Source: a virus (Duplodnaviria; Caudoviricetes). Taken from it: 59,675 nucleotides of DNA. Under the pieces are notes generated by a model. It did not search any database and was not told the origin of the DNA. It saw nothing but the letters and a program-made list of their open reading frames with translations. Position numbers and translations under genes: made by a program. The stretch is from IMG/VR virus record IMGVR_UViG_3300022752_005293, positions 1 to 59,675 of that record, one strand, 5' to 3'. Positions 9,779 through 19,746 of this stretch are shown in pieces. Numbering within the stretch: position 1 is the first letter of the stretch; the number at the start of each line of letters is the position of its first letter.

Positions 9779-11302
9779 ATGGCACTTTCGTTATTTGGTT
9801 TTACAATTTCTCGTAATGAAGTAAACGATTTAGGAACAAAAGCTCAATCCTTTATAAATCCCGAATCTGAGGATGGAGCTGCAACAGTATCAGGTGCAGG
9901 GTATTATGGTACATACGTAGATTTAGATGCATCCTCTAAATCTGAGGCAGAGCTTATTACAAGATATAGAGAAGCAGCTTTGTATGCTGATGCTTCAACT
10001 GCAGTTGACGAAATAGTAACTGAGGCAATAGCTGCCACAGATAACGAAGATCCTGTAACAATTAATTTAGATAATTCAGACTTGCCTGAAAATATAAAAG
10101 ATTCTATTAAAATAGAATTTCAAGAAGTACTTAGATTACTAAACTTTAATTATAAAGGTTATGATTGGTTTAGGCAATGGTATATTGATGGAAGAATATA
10201 TTTTCAAAAAGTTATTGATATTACGAATCCAAAACGAGGTATTTTAGAATTAAGAAATATTGATCCTAGGAAAATAAGAAAAATTAGAAAAATAGATAAA
10301 CAAAAGGATCAAAAAACAGGCGTAGATTTAATAAAGAAAATTGAGGAATTTTTTATCTACAATGATAAAGGTATAAATTATAATCCTCAATATTCTATGG
10401 CGTCTGTATCCAATCAAGTAATAAAATTATCTTTAGATTCTATTACTTTTGTACCTTCTGGATTAATGGATTTAGAAAAGAATGTAGTTTTAGGTTACAT
10501 GCATAAAGCTGTGAAACCCATTAATCAACTTAAAATGATGGAAGATGCTCTAGTTATTTACAGAATTTCGAGAGCACCAGAAAGAAGAATATTTTATATA
10601 GATGTTGGCAATTTACCTAAAATAAAGGCCGAGCAATATCTTAAAGATGTGATGGCCAGATATAGAAATAAAATTGTGTATGATTCCAATACTGGTGAAA
10701 TAAGAGATGATAGAAAATTTTTATCAATGCTTGAGGATTTTTGGCTTCCTCGTAGAGAGGGGGGCAGAGGAACAGAAATTACAACTTTGCCTGGCGGAGA
10801 AAATTTAGGACAAATTGAAGATATAAATTATTTTCAACAAAAGGTATATCAATCGTTAAATGTGCCAGTATCTAGAATGCAACCTCAAAATGGTTTTCAA
10901 TTTGGTAGAGCCGAAGAAATTACTAGAGATGAATTAAAATTTGCTAAATTTGTTTCAAGATTACGTAAAAAATTTAATGAATTATTTTTAGATGTTTTAA
11001 AAACTAATTTGATTCTTAAAGGTGTTATCACTGATGCGGATTGGAATGTTATAAGTGAAAAACTTCAAGTAAAATATGCGCAGGATCAATATTTCTATGA
11101 AATGAAGGAAGCAGAAAATCTTCGTAATAGAATGGATATTTTAAATCAGGTAACACCCTTTGTTGGTACTTATTTTAGTAAATTATTTGTTATGAAAAAT
11201 ATATTAAAAATGAATGATGATGATATACGAAGAATTGAGGGAGAAATACAATCAGAAACATCCTCATCTCAAACAATAAATAATACTGCGACTCAACAAT
11301 AG
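9779..11302 (+). CDS. gp20: Portal protein gp20
   Basis: YRISRAPERRIFYIDVGNLPKIKAEQY, EDFWLPRREGGRGTEITTLPGG, EITRDELKF. Confidence 0.97.
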   Translation: MALSLFGFTISRNEVNDLGTKAQSFINPESEDGAATVSGAGYYGTYVDLDASSKSEAELITRYREAALYADASTAVDEIVTEAIAATDNEDPVTINLDNSDLPENIKDSIKIEFQEVLRLLNFNYKGYDWFRQWYIDGRIYFQKVIDITNPKRGILELRNIDPRKIRKIRKIDKQKDQKTGVDLIKKIEEFFIYNDKGINYNPQYSMASVSNQVIKLSLDSITFVPSGLMDLEKNVVLGYMHKAVKPINQLKMMEDALVIYRISRAPERRIFYIDVGNLPKIKAEQYLKDVMARYRNKIVYDSNTGEIRDDRKFLSMLEDFWLPRREGGRGTEITTLPGGENLGQIEDINYFQQKVYQSLNVPVSRMQPQNGFQFGRAEEITRDELKFAKFVSRLRKKFNELFLDVLKTNLILKGVITDADWNVISEKLQVKYAQDQYFYEMKEAENLRNRMDILNQVTPFVGTYFSKLFVMKNILKMNDDDIRRIEGEIQSETSSSQTINNTATQQ

Positions 11303-11311
11303 GAATATAAT

Positions 11312-11485
11312 ATGGAACAATCTGAAGTAATTAAACATATGGTAAATGATATTTTAACTGATAAAGCATCAGATGCTATGGAAAAATTTAATTCTTTAAT
11401 GGCAGTAAAAATTAGTGATGCTTTAGATAATAAAAGACAAGATTTAGCTAGTAATCTTTATACAGGTAAACAGGAAACAGAATGA
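11312..11485 (+). CDS. Small prohead core protein (gp67-like), 57 aa, missing from the ORF track
   Basis: ATG at 11312 after AGGA; MEQSEVIKHMVNDILTDKASDAMEKFNSLMAVKISDALDNKRQDLASNLY...; stop overlaps next ATG; gp67 position after portal. Confidence 0.65.
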   Translation: MEQSEVIKHMVNDILTDKASDAMEKFNSLMAVKISDALDNKRQDLASNLYTGKQETE

Positions 11486-11673
11486 AAAACTTTTCTTTTT
11501 TAAGAGAAGAAGCTTTACTAGAAAAACTTAAAGCTTCTGATTCTACAAGCAAGTGGATAAGTGATTTTGTACATAGCGATAATCCTAAATTTGCTGGAAA
11601 AAGTAAAAAAGAAAGAATTCGTATGGCTTTAGGTGCCAAGTATGCTATTATGCGAAAGAATAATGAGGTATAG
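11482..11673 (+). CDS. Small basic head-region protein (gp68 position), function unknown
   Basis: ATGA-coupled to upstream gene; WISDFVHSDNPKFAGKSKKERIRMALGA. Confidence 0.55.
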   Translation: MKNFSFLREEALLEKLKASDSTSKWISDFVHSDNPKFAGKSKKERIRMALGAKYAIMRKNNEV

Positions 11674-11675
11674 GA

Positions 11676-12080
11676 ATGGCAATTACTAAATTTATAATAA
11701 AAAAAGTACGCCAACAAGCTATTGTAAAGTTTGTTGGTGATGGTACTGCTAACGTTGATTTAGTTGCTGATCTAAAGTTATCTGACGAAACTGTTACTGA
11801 TGTTGCCAATACTGTAAGAGTAACTATTAATTCAGTAGTCTTTTCAAACAGTAACGCCTCCACACCTATTACTATTGCGAGAGATGCTAATACTGTAATG
11901 CAGTTATTTGGAAACGATAACTGGTCATTTTCCCAACAATTCGGTTTCGTAGATAATGAATCTGCAGGATCTAATATAAAAGTTACATTGCCAGTATCCT
12001 CTACTTTATATCTAGGATTAACAAAACAAGGATTTAAAGAAACTAATAACCAAGAACTTAAAGATTACCAGAAAAGATAA
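11676..12080 (+). CDS. Hypothetical head-region protein
   Basis: Tightly packed ORF with AGGA RBS between core genes and gp21. Confidence 0.6.
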   Translation: MAITKFIIKKVRQQAIVKFVGDGTANVDLVADLKLSDETVTDVANTVRVTINSVVFSNSNASTPITIARDANTVMQLFGNDNWSFSQQFGFVDNESAGSNIKVTLPVSSTLYLGLTKQGFKETNNQELKDYQKR

Positions 12081-12081
12081 A

Positions 12082-12732
12082 ATGAAACTAATTACTGAAG
12101 TCACCCAGGATTTAAATTATTTGACAGAAGAGTCAAATGGTAAAAAGAATGTCTTCATAGAAGGTATCTTTATGCAGGCAAATAAGCAAAATCGCAATGG
12201 AAGAATTTATCCAATGCCTGTAATGGAAAAAGAAGTACAAAGATATCAAGGCCTTATAGACCAAAAACGCTCACTTGGTGAACTTGGACATCCTTCTAAT
12301 CCAACAATTAATCTTAACACAGTGTCACATTTGATAAGTGAATTAAAATTTGATGGTACTAACGTTATTGGTAAAGCTAAAATTTTAGAAACACCAATGG
12401 GCAAGATTGCTAAAAATTTTATAGAAGAAGGCGTAATGCTTGGTGTTTCATCTAGAGGTTTAGGTTCTTTAAAAGAAAAAAATGGTGTCATGGAAGTTCA
12501 AGATGATTTTCATTTAGCTACCGTAGATATAGTAGCTGATCCTTCTGCCCCCGAAGCTTTTGTTCAAGGTATAATGGAGAACGTAGATTGGATTTGCGAA
12601 AATGGCGTATGGAAATCTAGACAAATAGAAGAAACCAAAAAACAAATAAAAGAAACAAAACGAAAAGATTTAGATCGAGTAAAGATTGAAATCTTTGAAA
12701 AATTTGTTCATATGTTGTCTAGGCAACCATAA
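12082..12732 (+). CDS. gp21: Prohead protease gp21
   Basis: IEGIFMQA, NRNGRIYP, LGELGHP, GVSSRGLGS, DIVADPSAPEAFV. Confidence 0.96.
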   Translation: MKLITEVTQDLNYLTEESNGKKNVFIEGIFMQANKQNRNGRIYPMPVMEKEVQRYQGLIDQKRSLGELGHPSNPTINLNTVSHLISELKFDGTNVIGKAKILETPMGKIAKNFIEEGVMLGVSSRGLGSLKEKNGVMEVQDDFHLATVDIVADPSAPEAFVQGIMENVDWICENGVWKSRQIEETKKQIKETKRKDLDRVKIEIFEKFVHMLSRQP

Positions 12733-12733
12733 T

Positions 12734-12741
12734 TATAAATA
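12734..12741 (+). promoter_or_regulatory. T4-type late promoter upstream of gp22
   Basis: TATAAATA. Confidence 0.8.
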
Positions 12742-12772
12742 ATTGAGTAAATTTCCATTTAGGAGACAATAA

Positions 12773-13891
12773 ATGTCAGTAGAAAGTAAAATCAAAGAAT
12801 TGCTTGAGCGTGTAGAAGCTAAAGCAACTTTTAACGAAACTGATAAAATGGGCGCAGATACCGTTAAAAAGGATTCGACCTTGAGTCCTGCTAATCCAGG
12901 GGATGTTTCTCAGCCAATGCAGGGTTCGTCAGAGAAGGCTTCATTTGAAACAAGAGAAGGCGAAAAAGATGAAAATCAAGTAGCACAAGTAACTGCTACT
13001 ACTCCTAAAGCTACTCCGCCCCAAGGCAAGGGCCCAGGCCAAGCGACAAATTTTAATACAGTTAAAGATTTGACTGCATCAGCTACTGGCAAAAATCCAA
13101 CAGGTAACCAATCTATGATGGAAGAAGAAGAAGATTCCGATGATGTAGAAATTGAATCTATAGATTTATCCCCAATTTTTGGTGAAGATCTTTCTGAAGA
13201 ATTTAAATCTAAAGCTACTGCAATTTTTGAGGCTGCAGTTATTGCCCGAGTAAATCATGAGATGGAAAGGATTGCCGAACAATTAGAATCTAAATATGAA
13301 GAAGATTTTGCTGAACTAAGAGAAGGTATGGTTGATAAAATTGATTCATATCTTAACTATGTTGTTGAACAATGGATGGAAAGTAATGAATTGGCTATAG
13401 AATCTGGTCTTCGCACAGAGATAGCTGAAGATTTTATTAGTGGACTTAAAAATTTATTTAAAGAACATTACGTAGATGTTCCTGAAGAGAAATATGATGT
13501 TATTGGTGAGTTACAAGCTAAAGCCGAAGATTTAGAACAAAAACTTGATGAAGCTATTAATACCAATGTAGAATTGAGTTCTGAGCTTATTAAGTTAACT
13601 CGAAAATCTATTTTAGAAGATTTGTCAAAAGATTTGGCTGATACAGAAACAGCTAAATTGCATAAGTTAGTAGAAGGCATTGCCTTTGATGATGTAGACA
13701 TTTATAGCGAAAAAGTCCGCGTGATCAAGGAAAATTATTTTCCAAAAAGCAAAGCTACAATAACTGAAGCTACAACAAGTCAGACTTTAGTTGAAGATAC
13801 ATCAGATGTAACAGAGAATACTTTAGTTGAATCGACAGGTATAGTCGCAGCTTATGCGCAAGCACTTTCAAGAACAATTAAACGTGCTTAA
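12773..13891 (+). CDS. gp22: Prohead scaffold protein gp22
   Basis: LSEEFKSKATAIFEAAV, IDSYLNYVVEQW, IKENYF; acidic coiled coil between gp21 and gp23. Confidence 0.93.
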   Translation: MSVESKIKELLERVEAKATFNETDKMGADTVKKDSTLSPANPGDVSQPMQGSSEKASFETREGEKDENQVAQVTATTPKATPPQGKGPGQATNFNTVKDLTASATGKNPTGNQSMMEEEEDSDDVEIESIDLSPIFGEDLSEEFKSKATAIFEAAVIARVNHEMERIAEQLESKYEEDFAELREGMVDKIDSYLNYVVEQWMESNELAIESGLRTEIAEDFISGLKNLFKEHYVDVPEEKYDVIGELQAKAEDLEQKLDEAINTNVELSSELIKLTRKSILEDLSKDLADTETAKLHKLVEGIAFDDVDIYSEKVRVIKENYFPKSKATITEATTSQTLVEDTSDVTENTLVESTGIVAAYAQALSRTIKRA

Positions 13892-13926
13892 CAACAAAAT
13901 AAAAAAAGGTTCGTAAGGAGAACAAA

Positions 13927-15222
13927 ATGTTTTTATCCGAAAATTTACAACAAAAGTGGTCAGCAATTCTGGATCATCCGGAGCTTCCACAAATTAAAGA
14001 TTCCTATAAAAGAGCAGTCACATCTGTTCTTTTAGAGAATCAAGAAAGAGCTTTACGCGAAGAACGTCAAGCTCTTTTTGAGACACCCACTAATAATATT
14101 GCTCAGGATACTGCAGCAATACAAAAATATGATCCAATTATGATTGGTTTAGTTCGCCGTGCTATGCCTAATTTAATGGCATATGATATTTGCGGCGTTC
14201 AGCCAATGACAGGCCCAACAGGCTTGATCTTTGCTATGCGATCAATGTATGGTGGTTCAGGTGACACTCGTTCCAATACGACTACTCGTGTTGAAGCTTT
14301 GTACAATGAAGCAAATACAAGTTTTTCTGGTGCAACAGGCCATACTGGATCAATCGCCAATATTTTAGGCGGATATGCTACAGGATCTGCAAATACTTTA
14401 GCTGCAGTTGAAGCGGCACAAGATTTTGCTGAAATGTCTTTTGCGATAGATAAAACAACAGTTACTGCTAAATCACGTGCATTAAAGGCTGAGTATACTG
14501 TTGAACTGGCACAAGACTTGAAGGCAATCCATGGACTAGATGCTGAAGCAGAACTTTCAAATATTCTATCACAGGAATTTATGTTTGAAATTAATCGTGA
14601 AATCGTACGTTTAATCTATAAAGTATCTAAGCCAGGGTCACCAGCTACAGCAAGTGCTGGCACATTTGACCTAGACGTTGATTCAAATGGTCGTTGGTCT
14701 GTAGAACGTTTTAAAGGCCTTTTATTTAATATTGAACGTGATGCCAATCACATTGCTCAAGATACTCGTAGAGGAAAAGGTAACTTCATTGTATGTTCAG
14801 CAGACGTAGCATCTGCATTGGCAATGTCTGGTGTCTTAGACTATGCCCCTGCCCTAGCTTCAAATGCTAATCTAAACGTTGATGACACAGGCAACACTTT
14901 TGCTGGTGTTCTTAATGGGCGTTATCGTGTTTACATTGATCCTTATACAGGCAACTTGGGTGCAAGTAATCAGTTTTACCTTGTAGGATATAAAGGTGTA
15001 AGCCCATATGATGCAGGTATTTTCTACTGCCCTTATGTTCCATTACAAATGGTTCGTGCAATAGACCCCAATAGCTTCCAGCCAAAAATTGGCTTTAAGA
15101 CTCGTTATGGTTTAATTGCAAATCCATATGTAGTAACTTCAACGGGCACTAATGATGCTGATACTTTCACCGCAGATCGTAATCAGTATTATCGTAAAAC
15201 TCGTGTAGTGAATCTTATGTAA
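13927..15222 (+). CDS. gp23: Major capsid protein gp23
   Basis: LVRRAMPNLMAYDICGVQPMTGPTGLIFAMR, KSRALKAEYTVELAQDLKAIHGLDAE, FQPKIGFKTRYG. Confidence 0.98.
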   Translation: MFLSENLQQKWSAILDHPELPQIKDSYKRAVTSVLLENQERALREERQALFETPTNNIAQDTAAIQKYDPIMIGLVRRAMPNLMAYDICGVQPMTGPTGLIFAMRSMYGGSGDTRSNTTTRVEALYNEANTSFSGATGHTGSIANILGGYATGSANTLAAVEAAQDFAEMSFAIDKTTVTAKSRALKAEYTVELAQDLKAIHGLDAEAELSNILSQEFMFEINREIVRLIYKVSKPGSPATASAGTFDLDVDSNGRWSVERFKGLLFNIERDANHIAQDTRRGKGNFIVCSADVASALAMSGVLDYAPALASNANLNVDDTGNTFAGVLNGRYRVYIDPYTGNLGASNQFYLVGYKGVSPYDAGIFYCPYVPLQMVRAIDPNSFQPKIGFKTRYGLIANPYVVTSTGTNDADTFTADRNQYYRKTRVVNLM

Positions 15223-15246
15223 TAATAACCGGCATAGATCGGGATT

Positions 15247-15273
15247 AGGGGGATTTTAAATCCCCCTTTTTTT
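15247..15273 (+). terminator. Intrinsic terminator after gp23
   Basis: agggggattt-t-aaatccccct hairpin followed by a T run. Confidence 0.85.
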
Positions 15274-15276
15274 CTT

Positions 15277-15284
15277 TATAAATA
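15277..15284 (+). promoter_or_regulatory. T4-type late promoter upstream of gp3
   Basis: TATAAATA immediately after the terminator. Confidence 0.8.
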
Positions 15285-15299
15285 TTATGGAGGGTATTT

Positions 15300-15887
15300 A
15301 TGGCATATACATCAAATTTAAACATATTACAAGCATCATATACGTCTAATAGGCCTACTACCTATGATTTTCTTAGACCAAACGCTTTTAGATTTACTAT
15401 AAAAGATTTGCCAAATACTTCCTATACCTGTCAATCTGCTAATCTTCCCGGTTTAGCATTGGGTTTTGCACAACAACCTACACCTTTTATAGATATACCA
15501 ACGGTAGGAGACAAATTAGTATATGGCGATTTTACTATAAGATTTTTAATTTCCGAAGATATGTCTAATTATCTTGAATTATACACATGGTTAGTAGCTT
15601 TAGGATTTCCCCAAAGACATGCGCAGTTTTCAGAATTTGTTTTGAAAAAAATAAATAGATTTCCGTTTGTTGTTAATTCTATTGGCCAATCTACTGCTTT
15701 GGCATACTCGGATGGAATTTTAACTATTTTAGACTCGACAAACAATCCTAAAACTAATATAATATTCAAAGAGTTATTCCCAATATCTTTGGAAGCGTTA
15801 GATTTTGAAATTGCATCCCAGACAGTAGAATATTTCACAGCAATCGCAGCATTCAAATATAAATTATTTGAAGTAGAACAACTTTAA
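15300..15887 (+). CDS. gp3: Tail completion / tube terminator protein gp3
   Basis: FLRPNAFRF, CQSANLPG, GDKLVYGDFTIRFLISEDMSNYLE, FKELFPISL; follows gp23. Confidence 0.88.
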   Translation: MAYTSNLNILQASYTSNRPTTYDFLRPNAFRFTIKDLPNTSYTCQSANLPGLALGFAQQPTPFIDIPTVGDKLVYGDFTIRFLISEDMSNYLELYTWLVALGFPQRHAQFSEFVLKKINRFPFVVNSIGQSTALAYSDGILTILDSTNNPKTNIIFKELFPISLEALDFEIASQTVEYFTAIAAFKYKLFEVEQL

Positions 15888-15902
15888 TATTTTGGAGTTA
15901 TA

Positions 15903-16784
15903 ATGGCAATAAAATTGGATCCAACAAAAATCAAACCACCAACTTTAAAAACACAAGAAGATGTGACGACACCGCCACAATCAGGCAAATTAGAGATTCG
16001 TCTTGATGATCTTCGTAAGGAAAGAATCTTTGTAGCGACACCTTGCTATGGTGGTATGCTAAATGAAGCATATTTTCGATCGGTAATTAAACTACTAACT
16101 TTTTGTAATCAGCATCAAATTCCATTAGCATTTGGAACTATTGCTAATGAGTCATTAGTTACTAGAGCTCGTAATGTATTATTGGCATATTTTTTACAGA
16201 GTAATTTTACTCGTTTAATGTTTATAGATGCAGATATTGAATTTCAAGTAGAAGATGTACTAAAATTAGTTGCACATAATAAAGATGTAGCAGTTGGCGC
16301 ATATCCCAAGAAAGGTGTTAATTGGGATCGTATCAGAGACTCGGTAAGAGGAGAACCGACAAAAGAATTCTCAGCAAATCAAGTAGCAGCATTCGGATCT
16401 GATTATGCTATTAATTTCAAATTTATTAATAGAGATGCAAAACAAATAGCTATAGAAAATGGATTAATTAGATTGCACGATGGAGCAACAGGTTTTATGA
16501 TGATCAAGCGAGATGCTATCGATAAGATGATCAAAGCATATCCAGAGCTCAAATATAATAATGATTTAAATACACCTCCAGAACTTAGTGATTTCTTTTA
16601 TGCTATGTTCGATACTATGATTGATCCTAAAGACAAACGATATCTATCTGAGGATTATACCTTTAGTCGTAGATGGCAAGATATAGGTGGAGATATTTGG
16701 TTAGATCCTACCATATCTTTAAACCATTATGGCACATTTAATTTTATGGGCAATCCTGCGCAGATTATACAAATACAATCTTAA
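15903..16784 (+). CDS. GT-A fold glycosyltransferase-like protein
   Basis: IFVATPCYGG, NESLVTRARN, LMFIDADI (DxD), TGFMMIKR, LSEDYTF. Confidence 0.7.
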   Translation: MAIKLDPTKIKPPTLKTQEDVTTPPQSGKLEIRLDDLRKERIFVATPCYGGMLNEAYFRSVIKLLTFCNQHQIPLAFGTIANESLVTRARNVLLAYFLQSNFTRLMFIDADIEFQVEDVLKLVAHNKDVAVGAYPKKGVNWDRIRDSVRGEPTKEFSANQVAAFGSDYAINFKFINRDAKQIAIENGLIRLHDGATGFMMIKRDAIDKMIKAYPELKYNNDLNTPPELSDFFYAMFDTMIDPKDKRYLSEDYTFSRRWQDIGGDIWLDPTISLNHYGTFNFMGNPAQIIQIQS

Positions 16785-16787
16785 ACT

Positions 16788-17228
16788 ATGAAATTAAGTG
16801 ATCTTCAGGAAATGTGGGCTGAGGATTGCAAGATCGATGAAGCAAATCTTGGAAGAGAATCAGCTCGCACTCCGCTACTTCATGCCAAATATATTAACTA
16901 TCTTTCTTCTACAAGACTTAATCTTAGAAAAGCAGAATCAGATTATTTAAATTGTAGAAGAAAGAAGTATCGTTATTATAGAGGAGAAATGTCGAAAAGC
17001 GAACTCGAGGAAGAGGGCTGGAATCAATGGCAAGGAACTAAACCTTTAAAAAATGAAATAGATGAGTTTCTTCAGGGAGATGCTGATTTACTTTCTTTAC
17101 AAGATAAAGTAGAATACTTTAAAACTGTTTTATATCAATTGGAAGCAATTATTAGATCATTGAATAGTAGAACTTGGGACATAAAAAATACCATCGAATT
17201 TATGAAATTTACTAATGGATTAATGTGA
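16788..17228 (+). CDS. uvsY: Recombination mediator UvsY
   Basis: LQEMWAEDCKID, PLLHAKY, YYRGE, SRTWDIKNTIEFMKF; precedes uvsW. Confidence 0.9.
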   Translation: MKLSDLQEMWAEDCKIDEANLGRESARTPLLHAKYINYLSSTRLNLRKAESDYLNCRRKKYRYYRGEMSKSELEEEGWNQWQGTKPLKNEIDEFLQGDADLLSLQDKVEYFKTVLYQLEAIIRSLNSRTWDIKNTIEFMKFTNGLM

Positions 17229-18712
17229 TGCCCGATATAACTATAAGAAAGAAAAATGAGGTTTATCTCCTCATTGATAGTGATCCCTCAATACTTCAAG
17301 AAATTTATGATTACTTTTCATTTGATGTTCCTGGGGCCAAATTTCATCCTTTGTATAGATCTAAAGTTTGGGACGGCAAAGTACATTTATTTTCAATGTT
17401 TACTAAAGAATTGTATGTTGGATTGTCAGATTATGTAAAAAAATTTGCAGAAGAAAGAGAATACATTGTTGATGAAACTAATTATAAAAAATCATATGAC
17501 TATGTTACTTTAGAAGAAGTAAAAGCTTTTTGTGAATCCTTAAATATATCATCCAAAGGACAATCTATTCAAATACGAGAGTATCAAATAGATGCAGTCT
17601 ATCAGGCAATTGTTAACGGAAGACGCTTATTACTATCGCCAACTGGTTCTGGAAAATCTCTTATTATTTACTGCTTAATACGTTGGCATGAAAAATATGG
17701 GAGACGACAACTTATACTTGTGCCTACAACAAGTCTTGTAGAACAGATGTACTCAGATTTCCAAGATTACTCAGGATTTAATGGTTGGAAAACATCTGAA
17801 AACTGTCATAGAATTTATGGTGGACATGAAAAGTCTAATTTATACAATGTTGTTATTAGTACTTGGCAGTCAATCTACAAACTTCCCAAGACATTTTTCT
17901 TCGAATTTCAAGTTATTTATGGCGATGAAGCCCATCTCTTTAAGGCAAAATCACTAACCAGCATACTTAATAAATGTACAACTGCAGCTTTTAGAATCGG
18001 AACAACCGGTACTTTAGATGGCACTAAAACTCATAGGTTGGTTCTCGAAGGATTATTTGGTTCTGTATATAAAGTTACTTCAACTAAAAAATTAATGACA
18101 GATAAAACTTTAGCAGATTTACAAATTTATAGTATTGTTTTGGAATATCCAGATGAGATTAGAAAAGCAGTAAAACATTTTGAATACCAGCAAGAAATGG
18201 ATTTTATAGTATCATATAATGAAAGAAATAAATTTATAAGAAATCTTGCATTGGATCAAAAAGGTAATACTTTGGTATTGTTTCAGTACGTAGAAAAACA
18301 TGGTAAGATTCTTCATGATATGATTTCAGATAAAGCACAAGATAGACAAGTATTTTTTGTGTATGGTGGCACTGATACAGAGCAACGAGAAATGATAAGA
18401 CAACTAACGGAAAAAGAAAATAATGCTATTATAGTAGCCTCGGTCGGGACATTTTCTACAGGGATAAATATCAAAAAATTACATAATATTATTTTTGCCT
18501 CCCCGTCTAAATCTAGAATTAGAAATCTTCAATCTATTGGTAGGGGATTAAGAACAAGTGAAGAAAAAGATAAGTGTAATCTTTATGATATAGGTGATGA
18601 TTTGTCTTGGAAATCAAAAAAGAATTATACTTTACTTCATATGATAGAAAGAATAAAGATTTATAATGATGAGCATTTTGATTACAAATTAATAAAGGTT
18701 CCTATCAAATGA
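17228..18712 (+). CDS. uvsW: DNA helicase UvsW (SF2)
   Basis: WDGK, SPTGSGKS, GDEAH, GTTGTL, FSTGINI, LQSIGRGLR. Confidence 0.95.
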   Translation: MPDITIRKKNEVYLLIDSDPSILQEIYDYFSFDVPGAKFHPLYRSKVWDGKVHLFSMFTKELYVGLSDYVKKFAEEREYIVDETNYKKSYDYVTLEEVKAFCESLNISSKGQSIQIREYQIDAVYQAIVNGRRLLLSPTGSGKSLIIYCLIRWHEKYGRRQLILVPTTSLVEQMYSDFQDYSGFNGWKTSENCHRIYGGHEKSNLYNVVISTWQSIYKLPKTFFFEFQVIYGDEAHLFKAKSLTSILNKCTTAAFRIGTTGTLDGTKTHRLVLEGLFGSVYKVTSTKKLMTDKTLADLQIYSIVLEYPDEIRKAVKHFEYQQEMDFIVSYNERNKFIRNLALDQKGNTLVLFQYVEKHGKILHDMISDKAQDRQVFFVYGGTDTEQREMIRQLTEKENNAIIVASVGTFSTGINIKKLHNIIFASPSKSRIRNLQSIGRGLRTSEEKDKCNLYDIGDDLSWKSKKNYTLLHMIERIKIYNDEHFDYKLIKVPIK

Positions 18713-19161
18713 AAGATAACTTAGTATTCCATTACAAACTACTAAAATTAATTAATGGCGAAAGTATAGTATGTTCTACCGATGATAACTGCGAAAATCT
18801 TAGAAGCAAATCTAGTATCCACGTTTGTGATCCTGTTTTAGTTATTCCTTTTAGAGTTCCTCGAGGTATGAATATTGCGGAAACATATATTATGACACCT
18901 TGGATTTCTATAAGTGAAGAAATAATATTTGAAATCCCAACAGAACAAATTATTGTAGCTGTGGATTTGAAACACAATTTTAAAGAAAATTATATAAGTT
19001 ATGTTGAAGCACAAAATAAAACTGAAGATTTAGTACAACAAGATAAAGAAGTAATGCTAAAACATCTTCTTAATAGTTTGGGGAACAATAGTGATGAAGA
19101 AATCGAAGATAGTAGCGGGGACAAACCAATCCTTGTCCCAGGATCAAGATCAGTCCATTGA
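18709..19161 (+). CDS. Conserved hypothetical protein (possible Sm-like fold) between uvsW and gp55
   Basis: YKLLKLINGESIV...DPVLV...MTPWI; ATGA-coupled; conserved T4-like position. Confidence 0.6.
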   Translation: MKDNLVFHYKLLKLINGESIVCSTDDNCENLRSKSSIHVCDPVLVIPFRVPRGMNIAETYIMTPWISISEEIIFEIPTEQIIVAVDLKHNFKENYISYVEAQNKTEDLVQQDKEVMLKHLLNSLGNNSDEEIEDSSGDKPILVPGSRSVH

Positions 19162-19708
19162 AATACCTCGTTCATCTCATTATGTAGATAACAAGAAATT
19201 TCTACAGGCATTAATAGATTATAAAGTTTTAGTAGATCGGGCCCTTGTAGAAGGGAACCCGCAACCACAGGTTCCAAACTATATAGGTGAATGTTTTATA
19301 AAGATTGCTACGCATTTATCTTATAAGTCTAATTTCATAAATTATACGTTTAAAGATGACATGATAAGTGATGGAATAGAAAATTGTTTAACTGCTGTTG
19401 CTAAATTTGATCCATCTAGATCATCTAATCCTTTTGCATACTATACTCAAATAATTTATTTTGCTTTTATTCGCAGAATTCAAAAAGAAAAAAAGCAACA
19501 GGCCACCAAATATAGAATGATAGAAAATATTGATATTGATCAGATAATATCCCAAGAGCATGGTAATGAAGAATTTAATAATCAATTTATGGAATATGTA
19601 AAAAAACAACTTGATCAAATCGATATAGAAAAACGGGTAATTCAATTCCCGAAAAAGAACAAATTAGCTGAAGAAAATTTGAATAATGCTCTTGATTTAG
19701 ATGAATAG
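19091..19708 (+). CDS. gp55: Late-transcription sigma factor gp55
   Basis: HYVDNKKF, YIGECFIKIATHLSYKSNFINYT, DMISDGIENC, NPFAYYTQIIYFAFIRRIQKEKKQ; exact start uncertain. Confidence 0.95.
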   Translation: MMKKSKIVAGTNQSLSQDQDQSIEIPRSSHYVDNKKFLQALIDYKVLVDRALVEGNPQPQVPNYIGECFIKIATHLSYKSNFINYTFKDDMISDGIENCLTAVAKFDPSRSSNPFAYYTQIIYFAFIRRIQKEKKQQATKYRMIENIDIDQIISQEHGNEEFNNQFMEYVKKQLDQIDIEKRVIQFPKKNKLAEENLNNALDLDE

Positions 19709-19721
19709 TTTACTATATAAT
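19692..19721 (+). promoter_or_regulatory. sigma70-type promoter upstream of queE
   Basis: TTGATT-18 nt-TATAAT. Confidence 0.55.
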
Positions 19722-19746
19722 ATGAGTATTGTTATAAGGATATCTT